Shown one piece after another: positions 61,668 through 64,000 of a stretch of DNA of 64,000 nt. Positions within the stretch are counted from its first letter, which is position 1; each line of letters opens with the position of its first letter. Origin of the DNA: the human T2T-CHM13v2.0 reference genome, Homo sapiens. The notes beneath the pieces were generated by a model. It saw only the letters and a list, made by a program, of their open reading frames with translations. It was not told where the DNA came from and ran no database searches. The position numbers and the translations under genes were made by a program. The stretch lies in NCBI RefSeq assembly GCF_009914755.1, contig NC_060926.1, one strand, 5' to 3'.

Positions 61668-61830
61668 CAGCATGTCAAGGTGGGGGATGTTCTGCCCTGG
61701 ATGCAGACATTAGGGAGTGTGCATTGTTTATAGAGAATTCAAAAGCAATAATCAAACTGGCTAACAGTTTACTATATGTTATTACTATGTCCTGGCAATT
61801 TTAACCTATGTCAGTGATGACACAGCCCTG
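61668..61830. mobile_element. hAT DNA transposon fragment (MER63-like)
   Basis: gtgcattgttta.agagaatt.aaaa.caataat.aaac...ggcaattttaa...tgtcagtgat resembles the recalled MER63 consensus. Confidence 0.5.
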
Positions 61831-61899
61831 ACTGGGGTAGTCTGATCCCATGGCCCCCCCATCTGGGCTGTTAAACCCTGATTTGAACCCCTATCTATT

Positions 61900-64000
<2,101 letters not shown>

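Overview
Human (primate, Alu-containing) genomic DNA lying inside the GLI2 gene (Hedgehog-pathway zinc-finger transcription factor), transcribed on the + strand. The only protein-coding sequence I can support is the first coding exon (23015-23192): a 30-nt 5'UTR, then ATG at 23045 encoding METSASATASEKQEAKSG...VVAAAAAAAVAAQG, ending in a phase-1 GT donor. The rest is intronic. It contains 12 full-length Alus plus one monomer, old L1M/L2/MIR fragments, hAT-type DNA transposons (MER20, MER5A, MER1B, MER119-like and others), two probable ERVL solo LTRs, TG- and CT-rich simple repeats, a 186-bp tandem duplication and an ~18-bp minisatellite. About 5 kb upstream of the coding exon is a probable alternative promoter (SOX/AP-1/TCF/SMAD cluster) followed by a first exon that appears to be built from a DNA transposon and carries several uAUGs. 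Several AT-rich, homeodomain-motif-rich islands look like developmental enhancers. I see no new gene or prokaryote-style system. The best second-look candidates concern post-transcriptional control of the GLI2 start exon: stacked uORFs, inverted Alus bracketing the AUG exon (circRNA/skipping), and a 27-nt candidate poison microexon. Repeat family names come from recalled consensus sequences and their boundaries are approximate; no search was run.
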